Assembly: GCA_964016885.1 (NCBI GenBank)
Contig: OZ024741.1
Location: 39,680,001-39,744,000, forward strand
Source of the DNA: Eledone cirrhosa
Lineage: Eukaryota
Direction: 5' to 3'
DNA length: 64,000 nucleotides
The notes under the pieces: generated by a model
Told to the model about the DNA's origin: nothing
The model's database searches: none
Seen by the model: the letters and a program-made list of their open reading frames with translations, nothing else
Translations under genes and position numbers: made by a program
Part shown: positions 26,150 through 40,330 of the stretch, piece after piece
Numbering within the stretch: the stretch's first letter is position 1
How the letters are laid out: each line of letters opens with the position of its first letter

Positions 26150-26595
26150 CTCGGCGCAGCTATAACCATCTATAATTGCTTCAATACGAGGTTTGAAATT
26201 TCTACATGCTCGAATCAGATGATCTTTAACAATTTGGGACATAGTGTTATTTATGGCGGACTTCATTGTAACTCATTGACTTTCCTCTCGACTAACTCTG
26301 ACGTGTATTAGTCCAACAGATTCAGGTCTAGAGAGCTAGGAGGCCATATGGTTGGGTAGTGTGATAGTGGAGTTCATAACACATCCATTCTGGGGGCATC
26401 TTGGCCTTCCTTTGACGACATTCTCCATTCAAGGCCTCACAACCCTCTACAACACCTCATTATATTGAGCAGCATTGATCATTAAACCCTGAGGAAAGAA
26501 GTAAAGAGGCATGATATCTCCCTCGCTGCTGAATCCCCGTCAGCGGCTTCCAGATCTTTGCGAACTTTGACAACAAACGACCGCGCAACTTTCGT
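26150..26595 (-). pseudogene. Decayed Tc1/mariner-superfamily (maT/DD37D-like) transposase
   Basis: Manual translation: KVARSFVVKVR; SEGDIMPLYFFPQGLMINAAQYNEVL*RVVRP; WPPSSLDLNLLD*; KDHLIRACRNFKPRIEAII. Confidence 0.75.
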
Positions 26596-26626
26596 ATTCC
26601 TTAATACAACCCTACTCAACAACCGT

Positions 26627-26793
26627 GAAGGCGCATGGCTTAGTGGTTAGAGCATTGGGCTTGCAATCGAAAGGTTGTGAGTTGAATTCTCGGACCGGGT
26701 GATGTGTTGTTTCCTTGAGTAAGACACTTTATTTCTCGTTGCTCCAGTTTACTCAGCTGGAGAAATGAGATGATAGGACTGGGGTCCCTATCA
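26627..26793 (+). mobile_element. CORE-type SINE, 3'-truncated
   Basis: ggcgcatggcttagtggttagagc (A box), B-box-like gagttgaattc, tccttgagtaagacactt core. Confidence 0.8.
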
Positions 26794-27132
26794 TTAAATC
26801 ACCCAAGACACCTCCAACGAGATATACCTTGGAGGAGGCCAGCTAAACCTGCATAGGTGCGAGCTGTCATACACAGACAAAACTCAACAACCACAAAAGT
26901 AAAACCCTGAACTCACCGAAAGCACATCACACGCAATCCAATTAAATAAAATTTACTTAAAATATCGCCCACTATACTGGTATTCTAACCACACGAAGCA
27001 CAATCGCTCCCATCTATATATTTATATATGCATGCATTATTCATTTCATGTAAGCCCAACTATCAAGCTTCACCCGTTTCCTCCCCGACATCACAACCAC
27101 GAACACCAACACAATGGCCACTGTTGCTGCTG

Positions 27133-27198
<66 letters not shown>

Positions 27199-27209
27199 CA
27201 CCACCTCCG

Positions 27210-27253
<44 letters not shown>

Positions 27254-27511
27254 GAATACATTCCCACTAAAAAATAACAGCCACATCTTTTTTAAAATGC
27301 TGTGAATTTCATTGGAATTCCAATAGTGTTGGTTATGCTTACATTACTAAGGTGTGTGTGTTGTAGTGTGTGTGTTCTTGTGTATATATGTATGTGTATA
27401 TATTTGTGTATATATATGTGTATATTTGTGTATATATGTGTATGTATGTCTATGCGTGTGAATTTACTAGTGGTACAACCATACAAATATATGGATGGAT
27501 GTATATCTGTG

Positions 27512-27606
<95 letters not shown>

Positions 27607-27805
27607 ATTTTCCCTCCCTGCATGTATGTATATATATATATATATATATATACATACTGAGAGGGAGAAGGAGGGAGAATGAAGAGAAATAGAGAGAAAT
27701 GATACATATACATGTGTATAGATACATGTGCATTATATATATGTGTTTATATATATATATATATATATATATGTGTCTGTTTTTGTGTATATATATATAT
27801 GTGTA

Positions 27806-27863
<58 letters not shown>

Positions 27864-28810
27864 TATATGAGTGTATGTGTGTAACTGTGTGTGTGTGCGC
27901 GCGTGTGCGTGTGTAGTAGTCTATATGTGGTGTATGTATGCATACGTGCCTATGTTTCAGATACTTGTATATAATGGATAACAGGTGATGCCCCACGTCA
28001 AATAGTATCGTAAATACTGACAAATAAACTCGTTGTTTGTCTTTGATTTGCACTTATTGACCTTTGTCGTGGGTGGGCGCGGATTGGTTGGCGTGTAGGT
28101 GACATGCTGGTGACATGTCGTAGAACGAGTGCCAAGATTTCGGGAGTGACCCAACCAAATGGCAATATGCTATTACAAATTATCCTTCATGTAAATTTTG
28201 GCACAACAGCAAGAACTTGGAAAAGGCATTCACCTACACTATTTTCTTATCTGTTTTTCCACTATTTGGTTGATATACACAGGCGGAAAATTAGCAGTGT
28301 CTTTAGGATATGGAACAAGAAATGCCACACTATTTGTTTCGGCTCACTGTGGGCTGAGTTCATATCCCACCGAGGTTCAATATGCCTTTACCAGTCCAGT
28401 ACTTGAGTCGGTTCTTCCTCTCTTTCATTCTTTCTTTAGTGGTAATCAGCTGTGTCCCTACGACTAAACGAAGAGTTAAGTGCGCTTTACTATTTTAGCC
28501 ACACACGCAGATTATATATAAGACAACGAACGAAAACAAGGCAGAAAAAAATATTTTTTATAGAAACACTAACGAAAATCACAGAACTCCAAGGTCTTCA
28601 GCCGTCGAAATGGCTTTAGTAGTTTCGTCCACTACCGACAGTACTGGTGGTCCACAAGCCAAAGCGCTGTCTGTGGAGTAAAAGACAAGACAAAACAATA
28701 ACTTACAGCAATTAAGCCATAATAGGTTACACAGAGAATATATATATATATATATGTGTGTGTGTGAGTGTGTGTGAGTATGTGTATATGTGTACCTCTT
28801 TATATATATA

Positions 28811-28873
<63 letters not shown>

Positions 28874-29128
28874 ATCGTTTTTGTATCTGTCTTGCAAGAT
28901 ACTTGATGTGCAACCGTGTTTAAAACAGTTATATATTGGTAAGGTCATACTGCTAATAACATTACACGCACCAGTTGTGTTTGCTTTTGTCTCATCAGTC
29001 AAGTAACTAATCAATTCCTCCGTTGGTTTAATAAGCGGATCGATATCTTATTGTCAAAATTCTTTCGGAGCCCCTAAAAAATATAAAGTCATGGGTGATA
29101 CACCTCTTTGCCTCACTAAATGGCAAAT

Positions 29129-29560
29129 ATTATAGTATGGCTGAATTGGCAGTATCGGTAGAGGGTCGGACGCCATGCTTTGCAGCATAGAGTTACGGTC
29201 TTTTACAGTCTGAGTTCAAATCCCGCCGAGGTTAACTTTGCCTTTCATCCTTACGGGGTCGATAAAATAAAGCACCAGTAACGTACTGGGGTCGATTTAA
29301 TCGATTTTCCCCTCCCCCAAAATTGCTGGCCTTGTGCCTATATAAGAAACCATTATAGTATGGCTGAATTGGCAGTATCGGTAGAGGGTTGGACGCCATG
29401 CTTTCTAGCATAGTTACACCCCTTTACGGTCTGAGTTCAAATCCCGTCGCGGTTAACTTTGCCTTTCATCCTTACGGGGTCGATAAAGTAAAGTACCAGT
29501 AATGCACTGGATAATTGCTGGCCTTGTGCCAAAAGTAGAAACAATTATAGTATGGCTGAA
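29129..29560 (+). mobile_element. Tandem Meta-domain SINE dimer
   Basis: Two full SINEs; attatagtatggctgaa occurs at 29129, 29352 and 29544. Confidence 0.9.
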
Positions 29561-30013
29561 ATAAATATAATAGTATTTTAGTAAGACGTAGGTCAAAGCA
29601 TACTAAACTTTTCATAATGGTAATACCCTCTTTAAAAAAATATTTGTTCCTGGCGTTAAGTTTTGTTAACATGAATTATGAAATAAACAACTAAATAGTA
29701 TATTATATGTTCTCGCCACGTGTCTCAGATACAGTTTACTATCAAATATTAGTAAAAAATTGATCTGATTTCATTAAATTTCGGGACACACCTAGAGATT
29801 ATCGACGGCATCATAGAGGGCCGGGACACACCCAGAGATTTTTCGACGACAGAGTAAAGCATTACAAAAGAGTTTGGAAACGTCTGCCTTAGGTCAACAG
29901 CTTACTTATTCGAGTAGAGTTGACTTGGTACTGAGCAACACAACTTCAGAAATAGTTGACAGCTAGTTACAAATTGACTATATATATACATACATATATA
30001 TATATATATATAC

Positions 30014-30197
30014 GTTATTCCGGGTTGAATCGGAGGTAACCACAGTAAGTAAGGTACTCAATACATAGCAGAGTATAAAAGTTTTAATATAGATGAGATT
30101 CTACAGGACTAGAACTGTTTCATTCATTAGAAATCATCATGATGATTTCTAATGAATGAAACAGTTCTAGTCCTGTAGAATCTCATCTATATTAAAA

Positions 30198-30200
<3 letters not shown>
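30014..30200 (-). mobile_element. Family B fold-back element
   Basis: Axis tcatca|tgatga; perfect arms; TA-flanked. Confidence 0.85.
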
Positions 30201-30239
<39 letters not shown>

Positions 30240-30347
30240 CGTGATACTAATGAGACTGTGTTTTTGCATCCCTATGTTTTCGTTGGCATTTCTTTAACCA
30301 CACATACATACACACACATATATATATATATATACACACACATACAT

Positions 30348-30380
<33 letters not shown>

Positions 30381-30382
<2 letters not shown>

Positions 30383-30562
30383 AATGGCTTCTATAGGACT
30401 ACAACTGTTTCATTCGAAGGAAATCATCAGGGAAGCCCTTATGATTTCCCTTGAATGAAACAGTTCTAGTCCTATAGAAGCCATTCCTATATTAAATATT
30501 TACACTCTGCTATGTATTGAGTACCTTAATTACTGAGGTTACCTTCAATTGAACTCGGGATA
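30381..30562 (+). mobile_element. Family B fold-back element
   Basis: Arms plus tail; retains CTGATGA on the minus strand. Confidence 0.8.
30386..30437 (-). ncRNA. Hammerhead, family B (most complete copy)
   Basis: ggcttcc-CTGATGA-t-ttc-cttc-gaa-t-GAA-ACAG-loop-CT(A/G)T-A-gaagcc; other copies have a perfect ACAG/CTGT stem III. Confidence 0.65.
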
Positions 30563-30638
<76 letters not shown>

Positions 30639-30765
30639 AGTAAGATGTATGGTAGGTCGTATGTGAATCGCGATGATCACGTCTGACTTACCAAATATGT
30701 GACGGTAGCTAGTTAAGCTCTATGCGTATACGCAGAGCAGAAATATATATATATATATATATATA

Positions 30766-30932
30766 GGAAAATGTATGACCCCGACGGCAGAGCTCAAAGA
30801 AATAGCCGTCGAAACGGCTAGATACTCTGCCTCCGGGGTCATACATTTTCCTATTACCCACTCTATTACCCTAAGTATTGAGTACTCTGGTGCGTTATGG
30901 TCTATCTGGTTCCTTACCACAACTCCTTCGTT
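30766..30932 (+). mobile_element. Family C copy
   Basis: Same arms and tail as 24321. Confidence 0.8.
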
Positions 30933-31382
30933 ATATATATATATATTATAGTAACTCTCTAATGCAAGATACAACAGCTGCTGTCGTGTGGTGACCGTCA
31001 ACGTCATATCAGTATTTGGAGCAGGCTGGTTGTTGTTTTGCCGGAAGGTTCGGGGATATGGATTTGAACAATGTATGTGATTTTACATTTCTTTGTACGG
31101 TATGGTGGGTGTAGTTGGATATATGTTTAGGGATTAGGTTAGCTTGTGCTCTTAGACAGCTTTCGTTTGACGTAGATATATTTACGTTCAGGCTAAGAGA
31201 ACTGACTTAGTTCCGCATCGGTATGTCATACCTTGATACCTTGTGGAATACATTCCCTGCTGCTAGGTGACTGATATAACTGGCCCTCGGCAGGATAGGT
31301 TAATATTGCATTTGTGTTCCTGGATAACATTGGATTGGTGTAGATTTGTTTATGTTCAAGTTAAAGTAATTGACAAGTAGTC

Positions 31383-31453
<71 letters not shown>

Positions 31454-31533
31454 GTATGTATATGTGCGTGTGTGTATGTATGTATGTATGTATGTGTGTG
31501 TATAAATATATATATATATATATATATACATAC

Positions 31534-31582
<49 letters not shown>

Positions 31583-31616
31583 CATATATACATATATACA
31601 CACACACACACACACT

Positions 31617-31663
<47 letters not shown>

Positions 31664-32317
31664 GGAATATATGTCAACCTACCAGCAGAAGAAGTACAAA
31701 ATTTACTTTAATAATTTCCGATACAATGGACCACCATCTTTCCACAGAAATATTAAATTGTAAATTATAACTTGGAAACCCAAACAGCCCACAGCCACAC
31801 ACAAGCACACACACAGACTCAGATTAATTATAAACATACATTCATAGGTTTATTCTTCTCTAAGGACGTGTATTTCCAAGATCTTACACAGTGGAATCAA
31901 TATCATTAATTACCTTTCTTTAAGATATAATATAGCAAGAAATTTCTCCTTGGAAATTAAGTCATAGTTCTTAATCTACTGCTAGTATCACCTCCACTTC
32001 TGTGAGGTTTCTTTTCTCTTTAGAAGCTAAGATTCAACGACGATAATACATAGACGATATCTTTGAAGTGAAGTGTCGCTGGTCTGTCTGGACACCATTG
32101 GTCTTGTCAAAACTCTCTTTCGTCTTTCCAGTTTCTCTTATTTACATATTCTTCTCTTGATTTTCTGAACTTCAATACTCATTCATCTGCACACACACAC
32201 GCCCCCCCCCCCACGCACACACACGCACACACACACACACACATATATATATGCATACACACTTGTATATATACACACAAACACTCACACATATGTGTAT
32301 ATATATATATATATATA

Positions 32318-32515
32318 TAACGAAAGAAATGTGGTAAGGAACCAGGTGGACCATAACGCACCAAAGTACTCAATACTTGGGGTAGTAGAGTGGGTAATAG
32401 GAACGAGTGGTACCCCGACGGCTGAGCTCAAGCCGTTTCAGCGGCTAATTTTTTTTTAGTCCAGAATTAGCCGTCGAAACGGCTTGAGCTCAGCCGTCGG
32501 GGTCCCACTCGTTCC

Positions 32516-32516
<1 letters not shown>
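32318..32516 (-). mobile_element. Family C copy
   Basis: Tail on the left, palindrome on the right; TA-flanked. Confidence 0.85.
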
Positions 32517-32542
<26 letters not shown>

Positions 32543-32546
<4 letters not shown>

Positions 32547-32733
32547 ATTGTTTCTACTTTTGGCACCATGCCAGCAATTATCCCAGTGCATTACTGGTAC
32601 TTTATTTTATCGACCCCGTAAGGATGAAAAGCAAAGTTAACCTCGGCGGGATTTGAACTCAGATCATAAAGGGAGGTAACTCTATGCTTCAAAGCATGGC
32701 CCCCGACCCTCTACCAATACTGCCAATCCACCA
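32543..32733 (-). mobile_element. Meta-domain SINE
   Basis: Full-length reverse-complement copy. Confidence 0.88.
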
Positions 32734-32870
32734 ATAATAATACTATTTATAGTTATGTATATAGTATAAACAACTATTAACTGGAAGGTCAGCAATTTCC
32801 TACTACCTTATTACCAGTAAGAGAAATAGCTCAATGTAAGAACATGAGTTGTTTTACAGAGCAGGAAAAT

Positions 32871-32960
32871 AAATAAATTAGACAATTATCAAAGTTGTGT
32901 TCAAATCATTTAATAGCTGAAATGATTTGAACACAACTTTGATAATTGTCTAATTTATTT
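32871..32960. repeat. Perfect 41-bp-arm hairpin
   Basis: aaataaattagacaattatcaaagttgtgttcaaatcattt / aaatgatttgaacacaactttgataattgtctaatttattt. Confidence 0.92.
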
Positions 32961-32983
32961 ATATATATATATGAATCTCTCTC

Positions 32984-33111
<128 letters not shown>

Positions 33112-33650
33112 GCTCTCTCTCTCTCTCTGAAACAACTCTATTTGCTCTATATATATTTGATATATTATCCTTATCCAGCCCTCTTCGGATTTAAGTCTTC
33201 ACATTTATTATTATTACTATTATATATATATATATATACATATTACTATTATATATATATATATACATATCGCGCACATATTGCTTTGCAAGGGAGATTA
33301 TTGTGACGTGTATTTTATTTCCCTTTACATTTTGTTTTGTTTTTTAGTAGTAACTTAAAGTAATATGTTTATTAAAACCACATTTATTTTGATGAAATTT
33401 AATCAAAGCTAATCCATTTCATTTATATCTAGAGATGAATTCTTTTCCAGATTACATTGGTGTCTTCAGTACAGAATGGCAAACTGCTAAACTTAGATTT
33501 TAGATCCTAAGATTACATATTAAGTAGAGATATATAATATAGTACAATGAATGTTATAAACAGAGGAGTTACAAGACATTTCGGTCTGAATAAATAGATT
33601 TATATGAAAACGTTGGGTGAACAACTACACCTTCATTATCAACTCCAGCA

Positions 33651-33836
33651 GTGGATTGACAGTATCGGTAGAGGGTCGGACGCCATGCTTTGCAGCACAG
33701 TTACGTCCCTTTACGGACTGAGTTCAAATCCCGCCGAGGTTAACTTTGCCTTTCATCCTTACGGGGTCGATAAAATAAAGTACCAGTAATGCACTGGAAT
33801 AATTGCTGGCCTTGTGCCAAAAGTAGAAACAACTAT
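33651..33836 (+). mobile_element. Meta-domain SINE with 14-bp target-site duplication
   Basis: tatcaactccagca at 33637-33650 and 33834-33847. Confidence 0.9.
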
Positions 33837-33864
33837 CAACTCCAGCAACATTAATGATACTTTT

Positions 33865-34675
33865 GATTTCTGATTAGTGGTAAGGCCAACGATTTGGGGG
33901 CAGGGGAAAGTCGATTAGATCGACGCACTGCGTTACTGGTATTTATTTTATCGACCCCATAGCGATGAAAGGCAAAGTTAACCTCAGCAGGAATTGAACT
34001 CACATCGTGAAGGGGCGTAACACTATGCCATAAAGCATGTTTTCCAATGCTCTACTGATATTGTCAATCCACCGTCATTTTAATATTAATGATAATAATG
34101 TTTTCTGATTTAGGCACAGGGCCAGCAATCATGGGGGAGGGGCAAGTGGATTAAATTAACCCCACTGTTTTACTAGTACTTATTTTATCGACCAGATAGG
34201 GATGAAAGGCATAGCTAACCCCGGTGAGATTTGAAATCAGAACGTAAAGGCCCGTAACTCTATGATATAAAACAAGTTGTTCTACATTCTAACGACACTG
34301 TTAATATCCACCGTCCTCAATAATAATAATAATTGTTTCTACTTTAGGCACAAGGCTAGCAATTTGGGGTGAAGGGAAAGTCGATGAAATCAAAGCCAGT
34401 GTGTTACTGGTACTTAATTTTATCGAGCTCGTGAGGATGAAAGACAAAGCTAGCATCGGCGAGATTTGAAATCGAAACGTAAAGGTCCGTAACTCTATGC
34501 CATAAAGCATGTCCTACATTCTAACGACACTGCTAATCCACCGTCCTCGATAATAATTGTTTCTAATTTTGGCACAAGGCCAGTATTTACCCAGTACATT
34601 ACTGGTACTTTATTTTATCGACCCCGTAAGGATGAAAGGCAAAGTTAACCTCGGCGGGATTTAAAATCAGAATAA
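33865..34675 (-). mobile_element. Head-to-tail array of four Meta-domain SINEs of differing age
   Basis: Repeated gatgaaag(g/a)ca(a/t)ag(t/c)ta..., each unit ending (a/t)atccaccgtc. Confidence 0.85.
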
Positions 34676-35103
34676 TAATAATAATGATAATATATTCATT
34701 TTTTATGAGCCTCAAGGGCAATGGGCGTGAGGAGATATTACTAGGTCACACTACAGTAACATAAATCTAACGTCGTTATGTTGCAAGATAGGTTTCAGTT
34801 AAAAAGATAAAAAGCAGCTGTTACCTAAGTGTGTGTTTAACTTTGTAGAAACACCTGTCTGTGACTAAGTAATGGCTACAAGACAAACAACAACTATAAT
34901 AACTGTGACCACAACAGCAACATATATGTATGAATATATATATATACATATGTATGAATATATATATATATATAATATGTGTGTGTGTATCTGTAAATAT
35001 ATATATTATATATGTATGCATATATATATATATATGCATATATAAATATATATATATATGCGTGTGTGTGTGTGTGTGTTTATGTGTATATATATATATA
35101 TAT

Positions 35104-35297
35104 AGAAAAAGGTATGACCCCGACGGTAGAGCTCAAGCCGTTTCGACGGCTATTTCTGGATTCATTCCAGAAATAGCCGTCGAAACGGCTTGAGCTCTGC
35201 CGTTGGGGTCATACCTTTTCCTATTACCCAATCTACTACCCTACGTATTGAGTACTCTGGTGCGTTATGGTCCATCTGGTTCCTTACCACAATTCCT

Positions 35298-35346
<49 letters not shown>

Positions 35347-35427
35347 ATTTTAAAGATCTCATATTCCTTTTCCTTTGAGCACATTATTTACAGGGATTAA
35401 CGAGAGTCTATGGCTCCGTTAATTTAT

Positions 35428-35478
<51 letters not shown>

Positions 35479-35633
35479 AACGAGTTGGACCCCGACGACT
35501 GAGCTCAAGCCGTCCAAACGGCTTGAGCTCAGCCGTCGGGGTCCTACTCGTTCCTATTACCCACTCTACTACCCTAAGTATTGAGTACTTTGGTGCGTTA
35601 TGGTCCATCTGGTTCCTTACCACATTTCCTTCG

Positions 35634-35672
<39 letters not shown>

Positions 35673-35760
35673 AAAATGGTTGACCCCGACGGCTGAGCTC
35701 AGTCGTCGGGCTCAAACATTTTCCTATTACCCACTCTACTACCCTAAGTATTGAGTACTC
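35104..35760 (+). mobile_element. Three family C copies (35104-35300, 35476-35635, 35670-35760), each in (TA)n
   Basis: Same arms and tail, with variable central deletions. Confidence 0.85.
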
Positions 35761-36089
35761 TGAAAGGCCGAATCAATGGCCTGTGCTTCCTTACGACATC
35801 CGTGAAATGTGGCGTTCGATTCCTCGAAGGTACCTTATATATTGTTGTCCCATTTCCTGGGGCATTGTATCCGATTTTCTGAACTATAATTATTATTTAT
35901 AGAAGGAGTATTTCATCTTTACAGGTTCGATAAATTAAAGTACCAGTAACGCACTGGGGTCGGTTTAATCGAAAGGCTGTTGGCCTTGTGCTTAAACCAG
36001 ACACCATTATTTCTAAATTAGAAACAAGACCATTAGATTTGAAGGGAAGAGGATGTCGATTACATCAACACCAGTCCTTGTGGAGCTAT

Positions 36090-37650
36090 GATCTCTCAAT
36101 TCAGAGCATTAGCGGATCTACCTGATCTTCGCGTTACTCACTCTATTGAAGGAAGCCCGTTTCTGTTGTTTGTATTCGCGATCGTATTTATGACCATAGG
36201 AAAGGGTCGGCACGAATACTGAATTGAAGGTAGCGAGTAAGGATTTTACATCTACCTCCCATATCCAGTTTACCCAAAGCTGAAGCTTGCACATGACTGC
36301 ACCAGCTCTCGCAGTTCTTACACTTAATTCAGCATCCTCCCTATCATCACAACTGAACACTGCTCCGAGATACTTGAACTACTCCACCTGTTTAAGTGGA
36401 ACTCCCCAGACTACATTGAGAAGACGAATGTTTTAGTCTTCGTAGCATTTATTTTCATTCCAGCCGTGCAGCACTCGGCATCAACCCTAACGCGTGTATG
36501 TCAGAGAACATCTTCTGACGAGTTAAACAATACGATGTCGTCTGCAAATTCCAACCGAATGATCAACCTGCCAGTTGTGATACCACTTCCAACCCAGCTG
36601 CCCATGTCAATCCTATTCATGAAGATTATGAAGAGGAGAAATGAGATTACGCATCCTTGGCGGAGTCCGACACCCATATTGAATGGTTCAAATGAGGATG
36701 TTGAAACGGAATCAAGACTGTTTAAATTGGTAGTTTCTGCTGCAGCTTTAACAGCTGAAGCAGAAACTACCGATTTAAACAGTCTTGATTCCGTTTCAAC
36801 ATCCTCATTTGAGTCAGGGAATTCTCTGAATTTGGATGTAATAATATCCTCATACTGGTCCTGACTTCCTTATCCACCAATGCTTCTCACTTTACCCTGT
36901 AGGTTGATCTGGACCTGCTAGTTTTCTGGGATTCCTTGGCTTTAGGTTGTCTCAAGTTGCAGATAACTCGACAATAATCAGTTGACAGCTCAGTCCCTCT
37001 CTTCACACGAACATCCAGTACAGAATCGAAGAGATCAGTAACAATAACAAAATCAATTATTGATCTTTGCCTCTGATTCCCCTTATCCTGTGAATATTTA
37101 TGGATGTCTTTGTGCTGGAAGTATGTGTTCATAATAGAGAGCCCATTACTAGAACATGAATCTAACAATATCTCTCTATTCGCATTTAGATTGGGATCTC
37201 CGTTCTTGCCAATCACTCCTTTCCATACCAGTTGGTCAGCATGTGCATTGAAATCTCCCATTAGGATATATGACTTGTCTTAACTACATCTATCACTGCA
37301 GTGACGTCATCAGATTCATAGCTTAGTGCATAAACTTGCACCACCCACACAGATCTATCTTTCAGCCAGAGCTTCGAGTGACAAACCCTCTCTCCCAACG
37401 AGTTTCAGTTCATAACACATTGTGACAGCCGGGGTTTCCGAATATCCCCAAACCCACCTATGCAATCACTTCTGGTGCCACAATTTAATAGTTGTGCTTC
37501 TATCCTCAATCCAAATTTACAGTACCAGAGCCACAGAACATTGTTGAGAAATCCCCACTACATTAGCCGGTAGCATCTAGTCTCATCCACAAGTTCTTGC
37601 TCCTTACCTGTAAGGGTTGTGATGCTTCAGGTCCCAATGGCGAGAGATTT
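36090..37650 (-). pseudogene. Decayed RTE-clade LINE (APE endonuclease + RT), internally deleted
   Basis: GDFNAH..VIGKNGDPNLN..IMNTYFQHK..RSIIDFVIV..LSTDY (EN); GVGLRQGCVIS.LLF.IFM..FADDIVL (RT); VFVPTLSYGH (C-terminal region). Confidence 0.88.
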
Positions 37651-38425
37651 TTTTCCTCCCGAACCATTATTTGGGTCTCATGATACGCAATATTTGTGCG
37701 TCCATCGCACGCTTCCCAGGACTGGTCGCAGGCCCATTGCCCGTTTTTGCAGCATGCGATGGAGGCTCTTCTAACTAAGCCTGTTAAACCATGCGTAGGA
37801 AGTTCCGATAATATTATTCTTGATACCTCTAAGCATATTGCAGTTTTGGTGTTCCTATTCGCGCCAGTCACTAATCTGGTAATTTTCTCGGACTCGTGAA
37901 GACAAGGCTTTTATAGAGTTGTAGCTACACCACTGAGTTGTGAGAGTTTTCTTGTGAGCTGACAGTGTCATCCATTGCTTCATTTTCCCTAGTATTTTAC
38001 CGCTGTTGGTCCGGGGATGATTCTTCGTCCAAGAGAAGTCCGCTTATACCGTAACTAACAATAATATCTGGTGGTCGTATCGCTATCTGCCACCTGTGAC
38101 TCGTTCTCTAGCAGAACAGCTCTGCAGAGAATATTATATATATATATATATGTGGTGTGTGTGTGTGTGTGTGAATGAATGTATGTGTGTATAGAGAGGA
38201 GAGAGACAGATAGAGAGACAGAAGGAAAATTAATTATACATACTGTATATTATTTCCTGCCTCGATTCCATCAGTGTGAAAGGTTTCAGCTTACTCTCAC
38301 AATATATTTTTTAATCGCTATTTAACTATTAAGTGGGGGCCGTTTGGCCATTTCTTTCACAACACCTAACACACTTTTGATTAACAGTTATTTTAATTGC
38401 TTCGCTTGCTTACGTACATCCTTAC

Positions 38426-38454
38426 CTACTACTACTACCACCACCACCACCACC

Positions 38455-38497
<43 letters not shown>

Positions 38498-38595
38498 ACA
38501 CCACTACCACTACTACTACTACTACCACCACCACCACTACTACTACTACTACTTCTTTCACCCCCACTACTACTACTACTACTACTACTACCATC

Positions 38596-38657
<62 letters not shown>

Positions 38658-38706
38658 CGCCACCACCACCACCAGTACTACTACTACTACTACCGCCACC
38701 ACTACC

Positions 38707-38772
<66 letters not shown>

Positions 38773-38800
38773 GCCACCACCCACCACCACCACCACCACC

Positions 38801-38832
<32 letters not shown>

Positions 38833-38854
38833 CGCCACCACCACCACCACCACC

Positions 38855-38885
<31 letters not shown>

Positions 38886-39046
38886 TCACAGGGCCAGCTG
38901 TAGAGTAAAAGCAGCAGCACCACCAGTCGCAGTAGCAACATCAGCAGTAGTATTAGCAGCAGTAACATCAGCAGTAGCATCAGCAATAGTAATAGTAGTA
39001 GTAGTTGTTGTAGTAGGAGCAGCGGCAGTAGTAATATTAGTAATAT

Positions 39047-39105
<59 letters not shown>
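38426..39105. repeat. (ACT/ACC)n followed by (GTA/GCA)n compound tracts
   Basis: Direct reading. Confidence 0.95.
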
Positions 39106-39479
39106 ATCAACACCATTAACGGCGATGTTTAACGAACCTTAAAAAATTAAAGAAGGAAGAAAAATTGGCGGAATTATTTTTTGTTTTTGATTCGTTGCTT
39201 TTCTCGTTTTGCTTATAACGAAAACATTAAAATTTAATGAGTATCACGTGTTACAGTTCATCACGTGATCATTTTATTACGAACTTTAATAACTATATAC
39301 CAGCACCTTTCTCTGTCTCTCTTTTTCTGTCTCTCTCTCTCTCACTTCCACTCTCTCACTTTTTTCTCTCTCTCTCTTTCTCTCTCGCTCTTCCTCTCTC
39401 TCTCTCGCTCTCTCTCTCTGTCGCTCTTGCTCGCTCTTTCTCTCTCTCTCTCTCTTCTGCTACTGTAGACATAACATAC

Positions 39480-40330
39480 TATACTACATCACACAACAGC
39501 ACAACACGCCACATTACACCCCCGTTACACCACACGAAATCCCACCACACCACAATATTCTACTCTACTTCACATGGCACAATGCTACACAAAACCCACA
39601 CGACACCATATGATACTATACTACACAAAACACACTATACTTATACCGCACCATATCATACCACTATATTACACCTCTAAATAACACTACACCACACCAC
39701 ATCTCAATCCATCCCTCTACATAACATCACAACTTCACACTATGCTACACTTCAGAACACCACACCACACCATGCCACACGACACTACACACACCACACC
39801 ACACTAAACCACACAACACTACACCACACCACACCACACTATACCACACAACACTACACCGCACCACACCACACTAAACCACACAACACTACACCACACC
39901 ACACCACACCACACTAAACCACACAACACCACACCACACTAAACCACACAACACTACACCACACCACACTAAACCACACAACACTACACCGCACCACACC
40001 ACACTAAACCACACAACACTACACCACACCACACTAAACCACACAACACTACACCACACCACACTATACCACACGACGCTACACCGCACCACACCACACA
40101 AAACCACACAACAATACACCACACCACACTAAACCACACAACACTACACCACAAAACAGCACACCACACTATACTACACTTCAGAACACCACACCATACC
40201 ACATGACACTACACACACCACACCGCACTAAACCACACAACACAACACTACACCACACCGCACCACACCACACTAAACCACACTACACCACACCACACCA
40301 TACCACACCATACCACACTACACCACCCCA
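39480..40330. repeat. (ACACC)-derived pentamer array with ~30-bp higher-order unit
   Basis: acaccacaccacactaaaccacacaacact repeated across ~39790-40150. Confidence 0.9.

Noticed and set aside
28960-29005. CTGATGA-gac-aaaa on the minus strand as a hammerhead
   Set aside because: No intact GAAA, stem III or stem I could be assembled.
38344-39132. Thr/His-rich 262-aa mucin-like ORF
   Set aside because: Trinucleotide repeat open in several frames on both strands; no unique coding context.
39780-40330. Telomere-like repeat
   Set aside because: Unit is ACACC/ACACT-based, not TTAGGG.
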